Below are positions 16,870 to 31,645 of a DNA stretch of 64,000 nt, in pieces. The first letter of the stretch is position 1, and each line of letters begins with the position of its first letter. Under the pieces are notes generated by a model. That model searched no databases and was not told the DNA's origin. It worked only from the letters and a program-made list of their open reading frames with translations. Made by a program: the position numbers and the translations under genes. The stretch is from the human T2T-CHM13v2.0 reference genome, Homo sapiens: NCBI RefSeq assembly GCF_009914755.1, contig NC_060938.1. One strand, 5' to 3'.

Positions 16870-17480
16870 GAAACCCCATTTGCCTCCTTCTTCCAATCCA
16901 AACAAGTCCTGTTGGTATCTGCCCCCAAATATCTCTTGAATTGCATTTCTTCTCTCCACACCAACCCCTTACCATACCCCGTATTGCCTAACTAGCCCCA
17001 CCTGTCCATTACCCGTGCTTAAGAAACCACACACCTGTAACTCATCCTGGATTCAACTATGCAGTGGTTCCCTTTGTGCCAGAAAGCTCAGGACGACCCC
17101 GGCAGTAGCTGCTGAGGCCCTGTGGCTCTGGGCCCACTCTGGTGATGTCTTCTTTGGCTGTCTGTGCTCCCTCACATTCAGCTGCTTTCATTCTCCTGCA
17201 GGCTCCAGGCTCTCTCATCCCTTGGGTCTAAAAAATGCTGTCCTCTTTGGGAGCTCATTTCCTCTCTTTGAACCTTCTCTCATCCAGATAAAAGTACTCA
17301 TCCCATGGGGCTCAGCTGAAAACACCTGTCTCCGGGGAGGCCTGCCTGACCCCCTAGCATAGGTCACATCTCCCTATCCTGACATGTGTCTCCTGGGTCC
17401 CCATCCCTTCACTATCTCAGCCCTTGGGAGGTCACTTGTCGCCTCCACTAGAATGAAAATTCCCAGAGGGACCTGGCATA
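16870..17480 (+). mobile_element. L2 fragments
   Basis: CCAATCC...AAGTCCTG...CAAATATCTCTTGAAT and GGGAGGCCTGCCTGACC...CCACTAGAATG. Confidence 0.6.
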
Positions 17481-17701
17481 GCCAAAGCAGTAGGAGTGGA
17501 GGGGGAAGGTGGAAGCTTTGCTTTGCTGTAAAATCAGGCTCAATGTGGCGTCTTCCTCCAAGTCTTGCCTGGTCCATCTAGATAAAACCTGCTGCCTCTC
17601 TCCTCTGAAATCCTACTCGCTCTGTATGACCAGCCCGACATCAAGCTTAGCTGTATGAGTGTTGTGAACACTACTGGATTGTAAGAGCTCTAGGAAAGCA
17701 C

Positions 17702-17895
17702 CATTGCACAATGGTTAGGAGAATGGCTTAGGAGCAGCGAGCCTGGGTTCGAGTCCTGCACCCCTCCTATTAGCTGAGTGATCATAGGCAAAGTACACAT
17801 GGCCTCAGAGCCCCAGGCTTTGTCATGGTACAGACGCACTCACAATACCTGTTGTGAGGACCAAGGACGTAACACATCAAGCCCAGCCCTGTGGG
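17702..17895 (+). mobile_element. MIR SINE with intact Pol III B-box
   Basis: tRNA-derived head ATGGTTAGGAG...CCTGGGTTCGAGTCC (B-box 17746-17756). Confidence 0.8.
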
Positions 17896-17899
17896 CACT

Positions 17900-18507
17900 T
17901 TCTGCAACAATCAGACTGATCACGGGCTGCCACTTCATTTGCATGGGGTGAACACCAAGTGGCCAATGGGAAACCTCCAGTGGGTGGGTACTTGGACCTC
18001 AGAAGATTCTGTAACAGAGCCCTTGAGCCGCTGCTCTGGTCACTCCCACCCTGTGGAGTGTACTTTCACTTTCAATAAATCTCTGCTTTCATGTCTTCAT
18101 TCTTTCCCTGCTTTGCTGTGCATTTTGTCCAATTCTTTGCTCAAAATGCCAAGAACCTGGACAACTTGCAGTCAATATCCTTTACTGGGCCGGGCACGGT
18201 GGCTCACGCCCGTAATCCCAGCACTTTAGGAAGCCGAGGCGGGCGGATCACCTGAGGTCAGGAGTTCAAGACCACCCTGGCCAACATGGTGAAACCTCGT
18301 CTCTACTAAAAATACAAAAATTAACCAGATAGTGGATGCCTATAATCCCAGCTACTCGGGAGGCTGAGGTAGAAGAATTGCTTGGACCCAGAGGCAGAGG
18401 TTGCTGTGAGCTGAGATCGCGCCATTGCACTCCAGCCTGGGCGACAGATCAAGACTCCATCTCAAAACAAACAAACAAACAACAAAAAAAAATCCCTACT
18501 GGTAACA
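17900..18507 (+). mobile_element. MER51/MER57-group ERV1 LTR, 3' part, interrupted by an Alu
   Basis: GGCCAATGGGAAACCTC, CTCCCACCCTGTGGAGTGTACTTTC, AATAAA, GCCAAGAACCTGGACA, ends GGTAACA. Confidence 0.8.
18188..18492 (+). mobile_element. AluS SINE
   Basis: Full Alu dimer with (CAAA)n tail. Confidence 0.95.
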
Positions 18508-19390
18508 AACTGAGTGTGAAGCCTAGCAAAGGTACGCAGTAAATACTGAATGAGTGAGTGAACGAATAAAAAGAAAATCACAGCAAATCATCACTTTTAT
18601 TTGGTGACTCAGTTCTTAATAACAGGCCAATTTTAAAAACTTAAGCTTAGAAAAAGAACTGCCTTGTCTAAGGTCCTTGAGCTAGTTCCAACCCAATGGG
18701 GCCGAGACCTGCCGGTGGCTGCACACTTGCTGTTAGTTCTCCCCACGCTGCCATGTCCCCAGAAAGGACACCCGTGAGGCTGAGCTTTGCTGAGAAGGTG
18801 CCCGGGATATCTCACGGGCAGGGAGTGGTAGGGGTAGACCCTCCCAGTCCTTCCAAATGCCCGTGGAAATCTGCTGGCAGCTGCAAAGGCCTGGCCCAGA
18901 CACCCTCAGAGATGTTGGTTAATGTGTGGGATTCAGAGGCCCAGGTGTCAGGGAAAATAAAGACAAGGATGCTGGCTGGCTGCCTTCCTCCTTGGCAGTT
19001 TGCAAAGTCAATGAGTCAATGCCCCAGAACAGGGCCTTTGGGGAGAAAAGTAGCCAGCTGCGGCTGTGTCCCTGCTGGGAGTGGCTTGCTGAGAACAGTC
19101 TTGCTAACCAGCTTCTGTTGGGTTGTGCTGTGTTTGTGGGGTCAGAGTGATGATGGTGTTATTGGCGTCACAAAAAACTGCATGTGGGGGTGCGGTCTGA
19201 GCCCCAGGGTCCACGCTCACTGCTGTGCCGCCATGGTGATCGAGCATCGCGGGTTCCCCTCGCTGTGGGTTTGGGATCAGGCAGTACCCGGTATGGTGCT
19301 TGTCTCTTACTGTGAGACCCTGGGCAAACCTGCCCCTCCCTTCTACTCCACAGGCCTTTTCACCTGTCAGAGGGGAGAAGAGTAACATCT

Positions 19391-20258
<868 letters not shown>

Positions 20259-20538
20259 TCATCATCATCATCATCATTAAGTGGGAACAATTGTTGAGAA
20301 ATTGATATCAATTGTTTGTAAGAAGTTTTCTAGAAAACACATTGGCCCCCACTCTATCCCCAAGCCCTTCTCAATGGTAGCTCCTAACACAGTGCTGGAG
20401 TGTTTGTTAAATGGCCAGGAACTGCTGCTGTTTAACCCGGGGCCTTTAATTGGTGTTGCTATATCAGGAAATATGGAAGAGGGATTCCCTGGCACCTTTG
20501 CTCAACAACCCTGCCTATCTAGTATGGGTCTAGGTGTC

Positions 20539-20910
20539 TTCATTCATCCATCCATCCCTCCATTCATTCATTCATCAAAGCACTTTTATATACAATATAT
20601 ACTTGATGCCAGGTACTGTGCAAGACATCAGGCACACAATAGAGAGCTAAACCGGGCATGGCTGCTGTGCACAGGTAGCCAGTGGGAGCCAGGCCTTAAT
20701 CAGACCATCCCATTGATGATAGAAGGGCACTGAAGGACAGGGAGGCTGTTTCCATGAAAGGAGACCTGGGCATGGGGTGGTCAAGTAAAGCTTCCAGGAG
20801 GAAGTTATGCTTCAGGTGAAACTGGAAGGACACATGGGATGAGTGGAAAGGACTTGGACACAAGAGGAAAGGGGAAGGAGGAAGGCAGGGCCCTGCAAGA
20901 GCTGGAACCC
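20539..20910 (-). mobile_element. L2 3' end
   Basis: (TTCA)n tail, TGCCAGGTACTGTGC, AAGCTTCCAGGAGGAAGT. Confidence 0.75.
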
Positions 20911-21412
20911 CCTGGGGTGGGATAAAGGAGGGCACTCTCTTTTGACTCTGGGCATGTTGTAAGAGGAACCTGTTTCACACCAGGGACATTAATAGCAGCC
21001 AAATCAGCCTTGACCCCAGAGCAGAATGGGAGACACTGTCTCTTGTGGACATGGAATGGGGGCTGCATTTTCAGCAACAAAACTGGAGGGGGCGCTCCAG
21101 GTCCAACACTACTCTGGCTCATATTGTCTCAAGGCTGTGAGAGTCCAAGAAATAAGGATCACAGCAAAGAAGACCTTGTTTTTCTCACTTCTGACCTGGT
21201 GCCTCGGTGAGCGTTCCCCAACGCATCTTAACATACATTCATGGGCCCTAGAAGGGCACTGGATTAGAAACCAGCGAATTGGGAGTCCAGCTCTGACTCT
21301 GCATGGCCTACCGCCATCCACCAGGAGCTGGGCAGCTTCCAAGGGCAGTGGCCAGTCTGTTTGGCCGTGTCCCCCACCCAGCATAGTGCCAGGCCTATAA
21401 AAGCCTTGGTGG

Positions 21413-21707
21413 GGCCGGGCAGGGTGGCTCACACCTGTAATCCCAGTACTTTGTGAGGCCGAGGCGGGCAGATCACCCAAGGTCAAGAGTTTGAGACCAG
21501 CCTGGCTGGCCAACATGGCAAAACCCCGTCTCTACTAAAATACAAAAATTAGCTGGGTGTGGTGGCACATGCCTGTAATCCCAGCTGCTAGGGAGGCTGG
21601 GGTAGGAGAATTGCTTGAACCCGGGAGGTGGAGGTTGCATGAGCTGAGATCACACCACTGCACTCCAGCCTGGGTGACAGAGCAAGACTCTGTCTAAGAA
21701 AAAAAAT
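21413..21707 (+). mobile_element. AluS SINE
   Basis: Full dimer; TSD AAAAGCCTTGGTGG / AAAATGCTTGGTGG. Confidence 0.95.
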
Positions 21708-21869
21708 GCTTGGTGGTGTTTGTTAAGTGATTAAAATCTAAAGACAAAGCTGGCAGGAACCAACTAGAAAACCAGTCACCTGAGAAAGAATAGGTACATG
21801 GGCAGCTGTGGGCCAAGAGCCCAAGGCTCCACTGGAGCTCATAGAACTTTGTGAACCTGTAGGTGGATC

Positions 21870-22700
<831 letters not shown>

Positions 22701-23164
22701 TTTTAAAATTGTGTGATGACTGTTTGGTGTAAGAGATCCATAAAGGCTATAGATGATGCTATTTTCCACCAGAGAGTTTTCCTCTTTCCCCAGCAATTGG
22801 GCTGGATCATGGCTGGGGTGGACCTTACGTAGGTTCAGCCCACCTCTGGTTTATATCTGGTCTTTGAACATGGCCCTCCTGGATGTAAAGTTTCTCTATT
22901 TCCTCAATTCTATGAACGTTAGCTCATCTTGTCCTTTGTTGATTCCACAGCTTTTCAATGTCTATAGAGTATAATTTTGGTAACTTTTCCATTTTTTTCC
23001 TAATTGTTACAGCAGGAACCCAGGCTGCTGTGACCTACTGCATTCTATACAGAGGTGAAAGTTGGACAAGCCATTTTGTTGTTGTTCATTGCTGTTTTCC
23101 CAGTACCTGGGAGAATATTTAGCACACAGTGGATGCTCAAAAATATTATTGGATTGAGTCCAAA

Positions 23165-23348
23165 TATTGGACTTTGAATAGAAAACTCAGATTTAAGTTT
23201 TGATTCTAGCTCTGGGGACCATGGAACTGTTATTTCACATCTCTGAGGCTCAGTTTCACCATCTGTAATATGGTGGTAATAATATCTTCCTGCCTATAGA
23301 GTTGTGAAAAGAATAAAAAGAGAGCTTATATATAATGCACTTAGCACA
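23165..23348 (+). mobile_element. MIR SINE
   Basis: TCTCTGAGGCTCAGTTTCACCATCTGTAATATGG core. Confidence 0.8.
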
Positions 23349-24112
23349 TCGGAGATATCAAGCAAATTGAATACCTAAGATATTACTTATTCTACTTTTC
23401 CTACTCTGCCATGCATTTAAGTTATTTGAGTGTAATGATGACTGTGGTGGTGAAGACAAAGGGTGTGAGACATAATTAAAAGATAGAATTGGAGATGTTG
23501 AGATAAGGGAGAAGCAGAAGCTGAGTATAAAGTCCAACTTTCTGCACCGTGGCCTGGGAGCTGGCATTCCCTGGGCCAGTTATGGGTGGGTTTCACACTT
23601 TTCTATTGCCTAGGGTTCCTTGGCCTAATGACAGAGTTCATCAACACTGTACAAATGCACGTGCAATGGAGTGGTGTTTCCATTTGTGTGGTCACAGTGG
23701 GGAGTGGGGAGAGAAATTCTAAGAGATAAACCCCGGCATCTTTTTTTAAGATGACTTGAAACCCATCTAGTATGCAGACTGTGGGGGCCAAGTGCTATTA
23801 GCCACTATCAGGAATTATTCATCAAGTCTAGTCATGTGAGAGGGGCTTGGAAGCCCTTGCAGTTTCTAATCACCACTGGTGTGTGAAATAGATTTTAATT
23901 AGCATACAGGTTGTAGGAGTCTTTGATCAGTCCTGCCATTTGGATCATATAACTGACCCAACAGTTTGAGATTCTCTAAGCCCTAGTAATAAATAGCAGG
24001 GAGAAGAAGAGGCTTAGAATGTAATAATCATGGCTCAGCCTCGGGTTTGGGATGATAAAGCTTCTTGCTGAATATATGCAGGCCTTCTTGATCCTGGGCA
24101 TTAAACAACTTT

Positions 24113-24167
<55 letters not shown>

Positions 24168-24170
24168 ATC
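24113..24170. repeat. (CT)n microsatellite
   Basis: Interrupted CT dinucleotide run. Confidence 0.95.
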
Positions 24171-24568
24171 TCACTGTATGTGCGTAAAATAAGTTTGGGG
24201 AATTATTTTCTAAATATCAACATTTAGGGGGCTGGGGGTTATTTGTTAAATATCAACATTTCCAAAAAAATACAGGTGTCTTCAAATCAACCATTTTTGA
24301 TAGCCAGAGATCACAGTGTGCCGGCAGTATGATGGGTTTTCTTAGCAATCTGAGGTAATCACACTAACCACTTTCATGGCATTTCCCAGGGGACCAGCGT
24401 TTCTGGAGGCATCAGGCGGAAGGCAGAGATCTAGGATCTGATTGAAAAAAACACCTGCAATCAAATGCATTCTCAAACCATTTATCTAGGTACAGGTGTG
24501 AGCATAGATTTAGGTGTAGGCATAGGTATAGGTATATGTATAGATATAGATGTACCTAAATCTATAAT

Positions 24569-24695
24569 CCTTGGAGATTCTTTGTCATCTCTGAATCTCT
24601 GCCTTCTCATCTCTAAAGTGGGTTTAATAACAGTCTCTCCCTGATGGAGTTACTGTAAGGATTAAATGAGATACCATAATCTAAAAATCCTGGCA
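24569..24695 (+). mobile_element. MIR SINE fragment
   Basis: TTCTCATCTCTAAAGTGGG...GTAAGGATTAAATGAGATA. Confidence 0.75.
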
Positions 24696-24723
24696 GAGTA
24701 TCTTTCCTCTTTCATGTTTTTCA

Positions 24724-25162
24724 TTTTTGTTGTTGTTGTTGTTAGATTGTTTGTTTTTGAGATGGAGTCTTGCTATGTTGCCCAGGCTGGAGTGAAGTGG
24801 CGCGATCTCAGCTCACTGCAACCTCCCGTGTTCAAGCCATTCTCCTGCCTCAGCCTCCCAAGTAACTGGTAGCCGGGATTACAGGCATCTGCCATCACAC
24901 CTGGCTAATTTTTGTATTTTTAGTGGAGACAGGGTATCACCATGTTGGCCAGGCTGACCTCAAGTGATACACCCACCTCGGCCTCCCAAAGGGCTAGGAT
25001 TATAGGTAGGCACCACCACACCAGACTAATTTTTGTATTTTTAGTAGAGACAGGGTTTCACCATGTTGGCCAGGCTGGTCTTGCACTCCTGACCTCAAGT
25101 GATCTGCCCGCCTCGGCCTCCCAAAGTGCCAGGATTACAGGCATGAGCCACCGCACCCAGGC
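24724..25162 (-). mobile_element. AluS with duplicated left monomer (trimeric)
   Basis: CTAATTTTTGTATTTTTAGT...CCTCCCAAAG block occurs twice in tandem. Confidence 0.88.
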
Positions 25163-25609
25163 TTCATTTCTTTTTTCTAACTTTTCTTGGTTATCTTTCC
25201 AGCTTCCTCTTCCCGATGAACTTTAGAATCATTTTGTCAACAGATTTTCTTTTTAATTTATGCTCACCTACACACATTCAAGGCATTGAAAAATAGCCGC
25301 AATTTCAGCCTGTCCTCAGCCCTGCAAAACATGGGCGGCGTTTGGCAGGAGATGCTTCCGCTTTCACCTTCTGAGAGCCAGTGGTCACCAGCCTCACCTC
25401 TCTGCTGGCACCTGGCAAAGGGAAAATAACTTGCTGAGGACTCTGGGAGGATTTGCTCATCTCTCCATCAGCCTCACCCTGGCAGTGGGATTTCTGCTTC
25501 TCCTTTGAAAGGCAGTCTGGTGAGACGCTGATAGTGATGCTGATCTGATGCTGGTGCTGATTCTAACGCCAATGCCAATTTTATCAGTTATATAATAACA
25601 GCAACATGA

Positions 25610-26237
<628 letters not shown>

Positions 26238-26244
26238 CAGAAAG

Positions 26245-26350
26245 GAATGGCTCAGAGGGGAGACTCTTCAGCCAGACTGCTTGGATTCGAAACCAAGCTC
26301 TGGCACTTTTTGCCTCTGGAGCCTTAGGTGAATTATTTAGCCTCTTTGTG
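26245..26350 (+). mobile_element. MIR SINE 5' part
   Basis: AGCCAGACTGCTTGGATTCGAAACC. Confidence 0.65.
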
Positions 26351-27560
26351 GTGAAGTCCCTCAACATTCTTCCTTTCCCTTTTTGTATAACAGGTTTTTG
26401 CCAGGCACAGGGCAGTCCAGAATAGAGACTCCATTCCTCAGCTCCCTTGTAGCTATGTGAGGCCATGTGCCTACGTCCCACCCAGTGGGATCTGAGCCAA
26501 AATGTCATGTTAGTTTCTGGGAGGTCTTCCTCAAGAGACAGCCCCTGTCTCATTTTTTGGTCTTTGCTTTGTTTTATAATCCCTTCCTCTATCGTGCTGT
26601 TCTCATTGGTGCTGCCAGCATGGCCCATGGGCTTTAGTCAAGGCACTGTTGATGGGTGCCCAGCTGCATTTCAGACTTGTTATGGACTGGGAACACCTAG
26701 GTATGTACTGCTCATTCCTCACTATACCCCTTAGATGGGAATGCTATTTTATTTATCCTTTTACTCTCTCTCCATTGTGTACTAGCAGTGGTACATGAGG
26801 GGAGACATAATTGTCTCTTTCATTTTCATATTTTTAGATTGAGAGGAACAGCACTTGAGAAGTTGTACCTGAAGAGCCTCATCCACACCTGCACTTGATC
26901 TCTATGATGAGGTCCTGGACCTTAAGCCTGAACCTGATGCCATGGTGGACTGAAAGTCAGGATGTCTTAGGAGGCCACGAGTCAATTTTGCATGTGAAAA
27001 GAATGTACATAGTGGCTAGAGGCTGGATGATGCTAGCTTGCCTCCAAAGATAACCACTATTAATTATTTTACCTGTATGCACATGCTACTTTCCCATCGA
27101 GAAGTGAAGTCTCTTCTTCTAACTCCTTGAATCCAATTTGTGCTTTGACCAATAGATACAAGAGATGATATCCAAGGCTAGGTCATAAGAAGCTTTATCG
27201 CTGCCAGCTGAGTCTCCTGAAAAGTTTGCTCTTGGTATATACCCTTTGGGAATCCAATCACCACGCTGTGAGACAGCCCCAAGCCCACACAAAGGCCATG
27301 TGTGGGACTTTTGGTTCCTATAGCTCCAGCTGAGCTTCCAGCTGACAGCCAGTGTCAACTGACAGCATTGTGTCTGCACCAACTTGGACAGCAGGCCCAG
27401 TTGAGCCTTCAGGTGACTGCACCTAGATCGCCATATGACTGAAACCTTGTGAGAGGGCCCAAGTGAGAACTTACTCCCTAGCTGAGCCACATCAACCCAC
27501 AGAACCATGGGTGATAATTATAAATTGTTTTAAGCGACTCCGTTTTGGGGTGGTTTGATG

Positions 27561-28602
27561 TGTTAGTAGCAGTAAATCCATACGTGTCAGTAGCAACCTC
27601 AATTCTCGCCTCCTCAGAAGAAAGAATTCAGTCGAGGGGCATAAGGCAGAGTGAGAGACTGAGGCAAGTTTTAGAGCAGGAGTGAAAGTTTATTTAAAAG
27701 TTTTAGAGCAGACCAGGCACTGGGCCAGGTGGCTCACAACTGAAATCCTAGGGGAGGCCGAGGTGGGCGGATCACTTGAGGTCAGGAGTTCCAGACCAGC
27801 CTGGCCAACCATGGCCAGCATGGTGAAACCCCGTCTCTATTAAAAATACAAAAATTAGCTGGGCATGGTGGTAGGCACCTATAATCCCCGCTACTCAGGA
27901 GGCTGAGGCAGGAGAATCACTTGAACCCAGGAGGCGGAGGCTGCAGTGAGCAGAGATTGCACCACTGCCCTCCAGCCTGGGCGACAGAGGGAGACTCCAT
28001 CTCAATCAATCAATAAAATCAAAATAATAAAAAATGAAAGTTTCAGAGCAGGAATGAAAGACAGTAAAATACACTTGAAAGAGGGCCAAGTGGGTGACTT
28101 GATTCAAGTGCATGGTTTGACTCTTGACTTGGGGTTTTATCTGTTGGCATGCTTGTGAGGTCTACGTCTCTTCTCCCCTGATTCTTCCCTGAGGTGGGCT
28201 GTCTGCATGCACAGTGGTCTGCCAGCACCTGGGACAGGAACATGCGCAGTGTGTTTAACTGGAGTTGTGCGCATGCTCACTTAAGGCGTTCTTCCCTTAC
28301 CAGCTGAAAGTTTCTAGACGAAGGGCATATACCAGTTAAACTCCGCCATTTTGCCTCTCAGTGTTCAAGCTTGAGCCCACGCATCCAACTCCTGAGATCT
28401 TACTGGGAAGCTGCTGATCATCAGTTTCAGGTGTTTCTATCTTTTGGGAGACTGCCCTTCCCTGATGCTAGCTGTAACCAATTATTATTTTAGAGAGACA
28501 GTTAATGACCACCTGACCATCACCTGACGGTCAGCTGACATTCCTGGTCGGGAGGAGCCCTCTCCTGCCCTGCTTATGTCTGCCTGACTACCTACTGTAA
28601 CG
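27561..28602 (-). mobile_element. MER50 solo LTR (ERV1), interrupted by an Alu
   Basis: AACTCCGCCATTTTGCCTCT, CTCCTGAGATCTTA, ATTATTATTTTAGAGAGACAG, CTCTCCTGCCCTGCT; 4-bp TSD GATG/GACG. Confidence 0.85.
27711..28035 (+). mobile_element. AluS SINE
   Basis: Alu dimer; TSD AAAGTTT(T/C)AGAGCAG. Confidence 0.92.
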
Positions 28603-28639
28603 GACGCAGCCAGCTGGAACATCGGCTTTGCTCGGTATC

Positions 28640-29110
28640 ATGTAGTATTAGATTTCCCGGGCTCCTTTGCCATCTGGGTTCTTGGTAGTTTGGGCTAATG
28701 GGAAGCACTAGTGGGAGACTCAAAGGTGGGAGGAAGGAAGAAACCTTCCTTCTTTCCTTTTCTGCTTCTTTCTCTCTCTCTGCTTTTGTTGGCATCTCCT
28801 GCAATGGCTGTATCTCTTCCTTGAATCTATGTCTCCTCAGAGAGACCCTCCCTCTGTGGTTCCATCCCCCAGGGGGCAGCTCTCATTGTATTCTAGCTCC
28901 TACCAGGCTGCCCCAGCTTCTAGCTCCTGGCAAATGTCTGTTACCCTTCCAGCCTCAGGGGTGGCAGCAGCTCACTGTCATTGCTACACCGTCCCATTGG
29001 GCTTCTCATCATTTTCCTCACCCGTGTAACCGACTTCTAGGATTTAAATTCTTTCTACTTGAAACACCTAAAGTGGCCTCTGTTTTCCTAATTTGACCCT
29101 GGAGGATACA
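28640..29110 (+). mobile_element. LTR33/LTR41-type ERVL LTR
   Basis: TTTGGGCTAATGGGAAGCAC, CCAGCCTCAGGGGTGG, ends TCTGTTTTCCT...GATACA. Confidence 0.65.
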
Positions 29111-29279
29111 GCGTGTAAGAGGATAACATAGTCTAGTCCAGCAGGCCAAGGAAGGTTTCCCTCCAGAAGGGGTGTTTGAGTCAAGGTCTCAGAAATGACT
29201 AGGCTTTCCGGGCATAGGAGATAAAGAAGTGTAATGGCCCGAGGGAAAGGCAGATTGACATATTACAAGTACTGGGGCA

Positions 29280-29635
<356 letters not shown>

Positions 29636-29669
29636 TCATGAGATAAGGTTGAAGTTTGCAGGGCCAAAG

Positions 29670-30086
29670 CAGGGGGCTGGCAATCCTTAGTGCCAGTTAG
29701 AATCACCTGGAGATTAAATATATATAAACATATAGTTTGTATATATTTATATATAATATATATTTAATATGTTTATACTGATATAAGTATATATCAGTAT
29801 AAATATATATTTAATATATCAGTATATAGAAACATAAATATTTAAATATATAGATATATTTTATATTTTTATAGATATATATTATATATAATATAGAAAA
29901 ATCAATAAAAATATATACTGATAAAATATATCAGTATACATGTATATATACACCAGTATATATAAATATATATTAGTATATTATATATATACTGATGCTC
30001 AGACCTCATCCCAGATTAACTGAATCAGAATCCCTTGGGATTGGGCCAATATGATTCCTATATGCAGTCAGGGTTGAGAACCGCTG
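29670..30086. mobile_element. MER5A-type hAT-Charlie element split by an AT-rich expansion
   Basis: TTAGAATCACCTGGAG...ATACTGATGC...ACTGAATCAGAATC...GGTTGAGAACCGCTG. Confidence 0.8.
29714..29992. repeat. AT-rich low-complexity tract with perfect hairpins
   Basis: 14-bp stem 29772-29785/29790-29803; 10-bp stem 29914-29923/29929-29938. Confidence 0.9.
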
Positions 30087-31645
30087 GGCCTTGACCATGC
30101 AGGGCCTTGTCAGCCATGATCTTTATCCTGATCAATGGGAAGATCCCAAAAGGTGGTGGGTTCTCTGGCTGTAGGGTGGGGAAGTGATTGGAGGGGTCAG
30201 GAATTGAGGCAGAAAATCCTGTAGGCAGCTATTTTAGCAGATCAACATGCTACTGGCTTGCTGAGCATGGGAAGGGACAAAAACTGGTTCTGTACTTGCT
30301 GGTGAGATTCTCCAGACTGACCCCACTCAGTTCCTCACATCTGCCATCTTGCTCTGGATTTTCCTACTCCCTGTTGGTTCCCTTCAGCTGGGCTCTGTCC
30401 TCGTGTTCATCTGCCCTGGAAAGTTTCCTGCTAATGAACCCTCCCCAGTACCCATCCCTCTTTCTCCTGGGCAGATGGATGCAGCCATTCCACATCCCTG
30501 CAGAGGGCTATTCTGGCAGAACCTAATATCCTAAACTCCTTAAGTACCCTGAATTTTAAAATTGTGATTGTATTTGGCAGTGTTAATCAAAAATTGGAAG
30601 TACATGGAATTAGAACCTTTGGCCAGAGACTCTCCGAGTTGAAAGCCCTCCCTTAGAAATAGCCTCTTCCAACCCCTGAATTTCATTATCCAAGAAGATC
30701 CATGAGCTCTGGAGAGTTCAGGACCCAGGTCTCCTAAGGACTTCTGCTTCCCTGGCTTTCCTTCCCATCTTTCTGTCCTAAGGATTTAAGACCATGAATT
30801 TGCAAATGCTCTGCCTGAAGTGTGTACTGAAGCTCTGGAGACCTCACCCGGATTCCCAGGGCCATAATTATCATAATAATGTACAAACGAGAATCTTTCT
30901 GTAAATTTAAACCACTGCATTTTCACTTCTTGCTTTGAATTTGGTTTTCTTGCAGCTGCTCCCTCCAGGGGAGCCAGAAGGCTTATTGTCCCAAGGCAGG
31001 AGAGGCTGTGTGAGACCTGGTTTTGAAAGCTTTGAGAAGAGAAGAAGTGCTGGGATTCCTTTATCTCCTCCATTAGCATATCAAGGACAAAGCCTAGAGG
31101 CTCTTAGGGATCCCCATGGTCTGCTTGGGGAAGACCAGGCCACCATTGAGAGTGGAGTCAGGGAGGCTCTGGGAGAGCAGCCAGCCCCATGGGAACCTAG
31201 AGAGTCATGGGAGAGAAAGGAGGAGGTACTAGAGGTTGGAAGGCCAATGAGGCAGAAGCTTGTTTTCTGATTTTTCTTCCTGGGCCCAAGTCTGGAAGAT
31301 AGGGTGTTGGATCCATGAGGATATTCATGGCAAGGAGGAGGCTGTTGCCTCTGGCCCTGGAGCCCACCTTCAGAAAGGTGCCAGGAGGGTCAGCTGAGGA
31401 ACCTTAAGTTTTCGCTTTCTCCTGAGTGGTACAGAGGCTGAATGAACTGCCCAAGGGCCTGCCCTGGGCAAGGGAAGGTGGCACTCAGGCCAACGGGCTG
31501 GCTGGAGGTGACAGCAATGGCAATCCAAGAGGGATCCTGCACCTCTAACAAGCCCCAAGATCAGACTGAGAGTTACCCTGGCCCCCAGGGGCTCCAGGGG
31601 CAGAGGTGACTGTGGGGACCCATGCATGCCAGGGGCACATCCAGG

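Larger units (their letters stand above)
26640..28621 (+). mobile_element. MLT1H-like MaLR: internal 3' end plus LTR, with MER50 inserted near its end
   Basis: TTTTGCATGTG...GGCTAGAGG internal end; LTR motifs CCAGCTGAGCTTCCAGCTGACAGCCAG, AACCCACAGAACCATG, TTTTGGGGTGGTTTG; tail resumes after 28602. Confidence 0.7.

Noticed and set aside
17702-17760. tRNA gene suggested by GGTTCGAGTCC
   Set aside because: No cloverleaf; it is the tRNA-derived head of a MIR.
18696-19385. 229-aa ORF in GC-rich DNA
   Set aside because: No recognisable domain, ends in a MIR, and I found no supporting splice or promoter structure; compatible with chance.
21082-21097. CTCF-like ACTGGAGGGGGCGC
   Set aside because: Three mismatches in the 5' half of the core; too weak to call.
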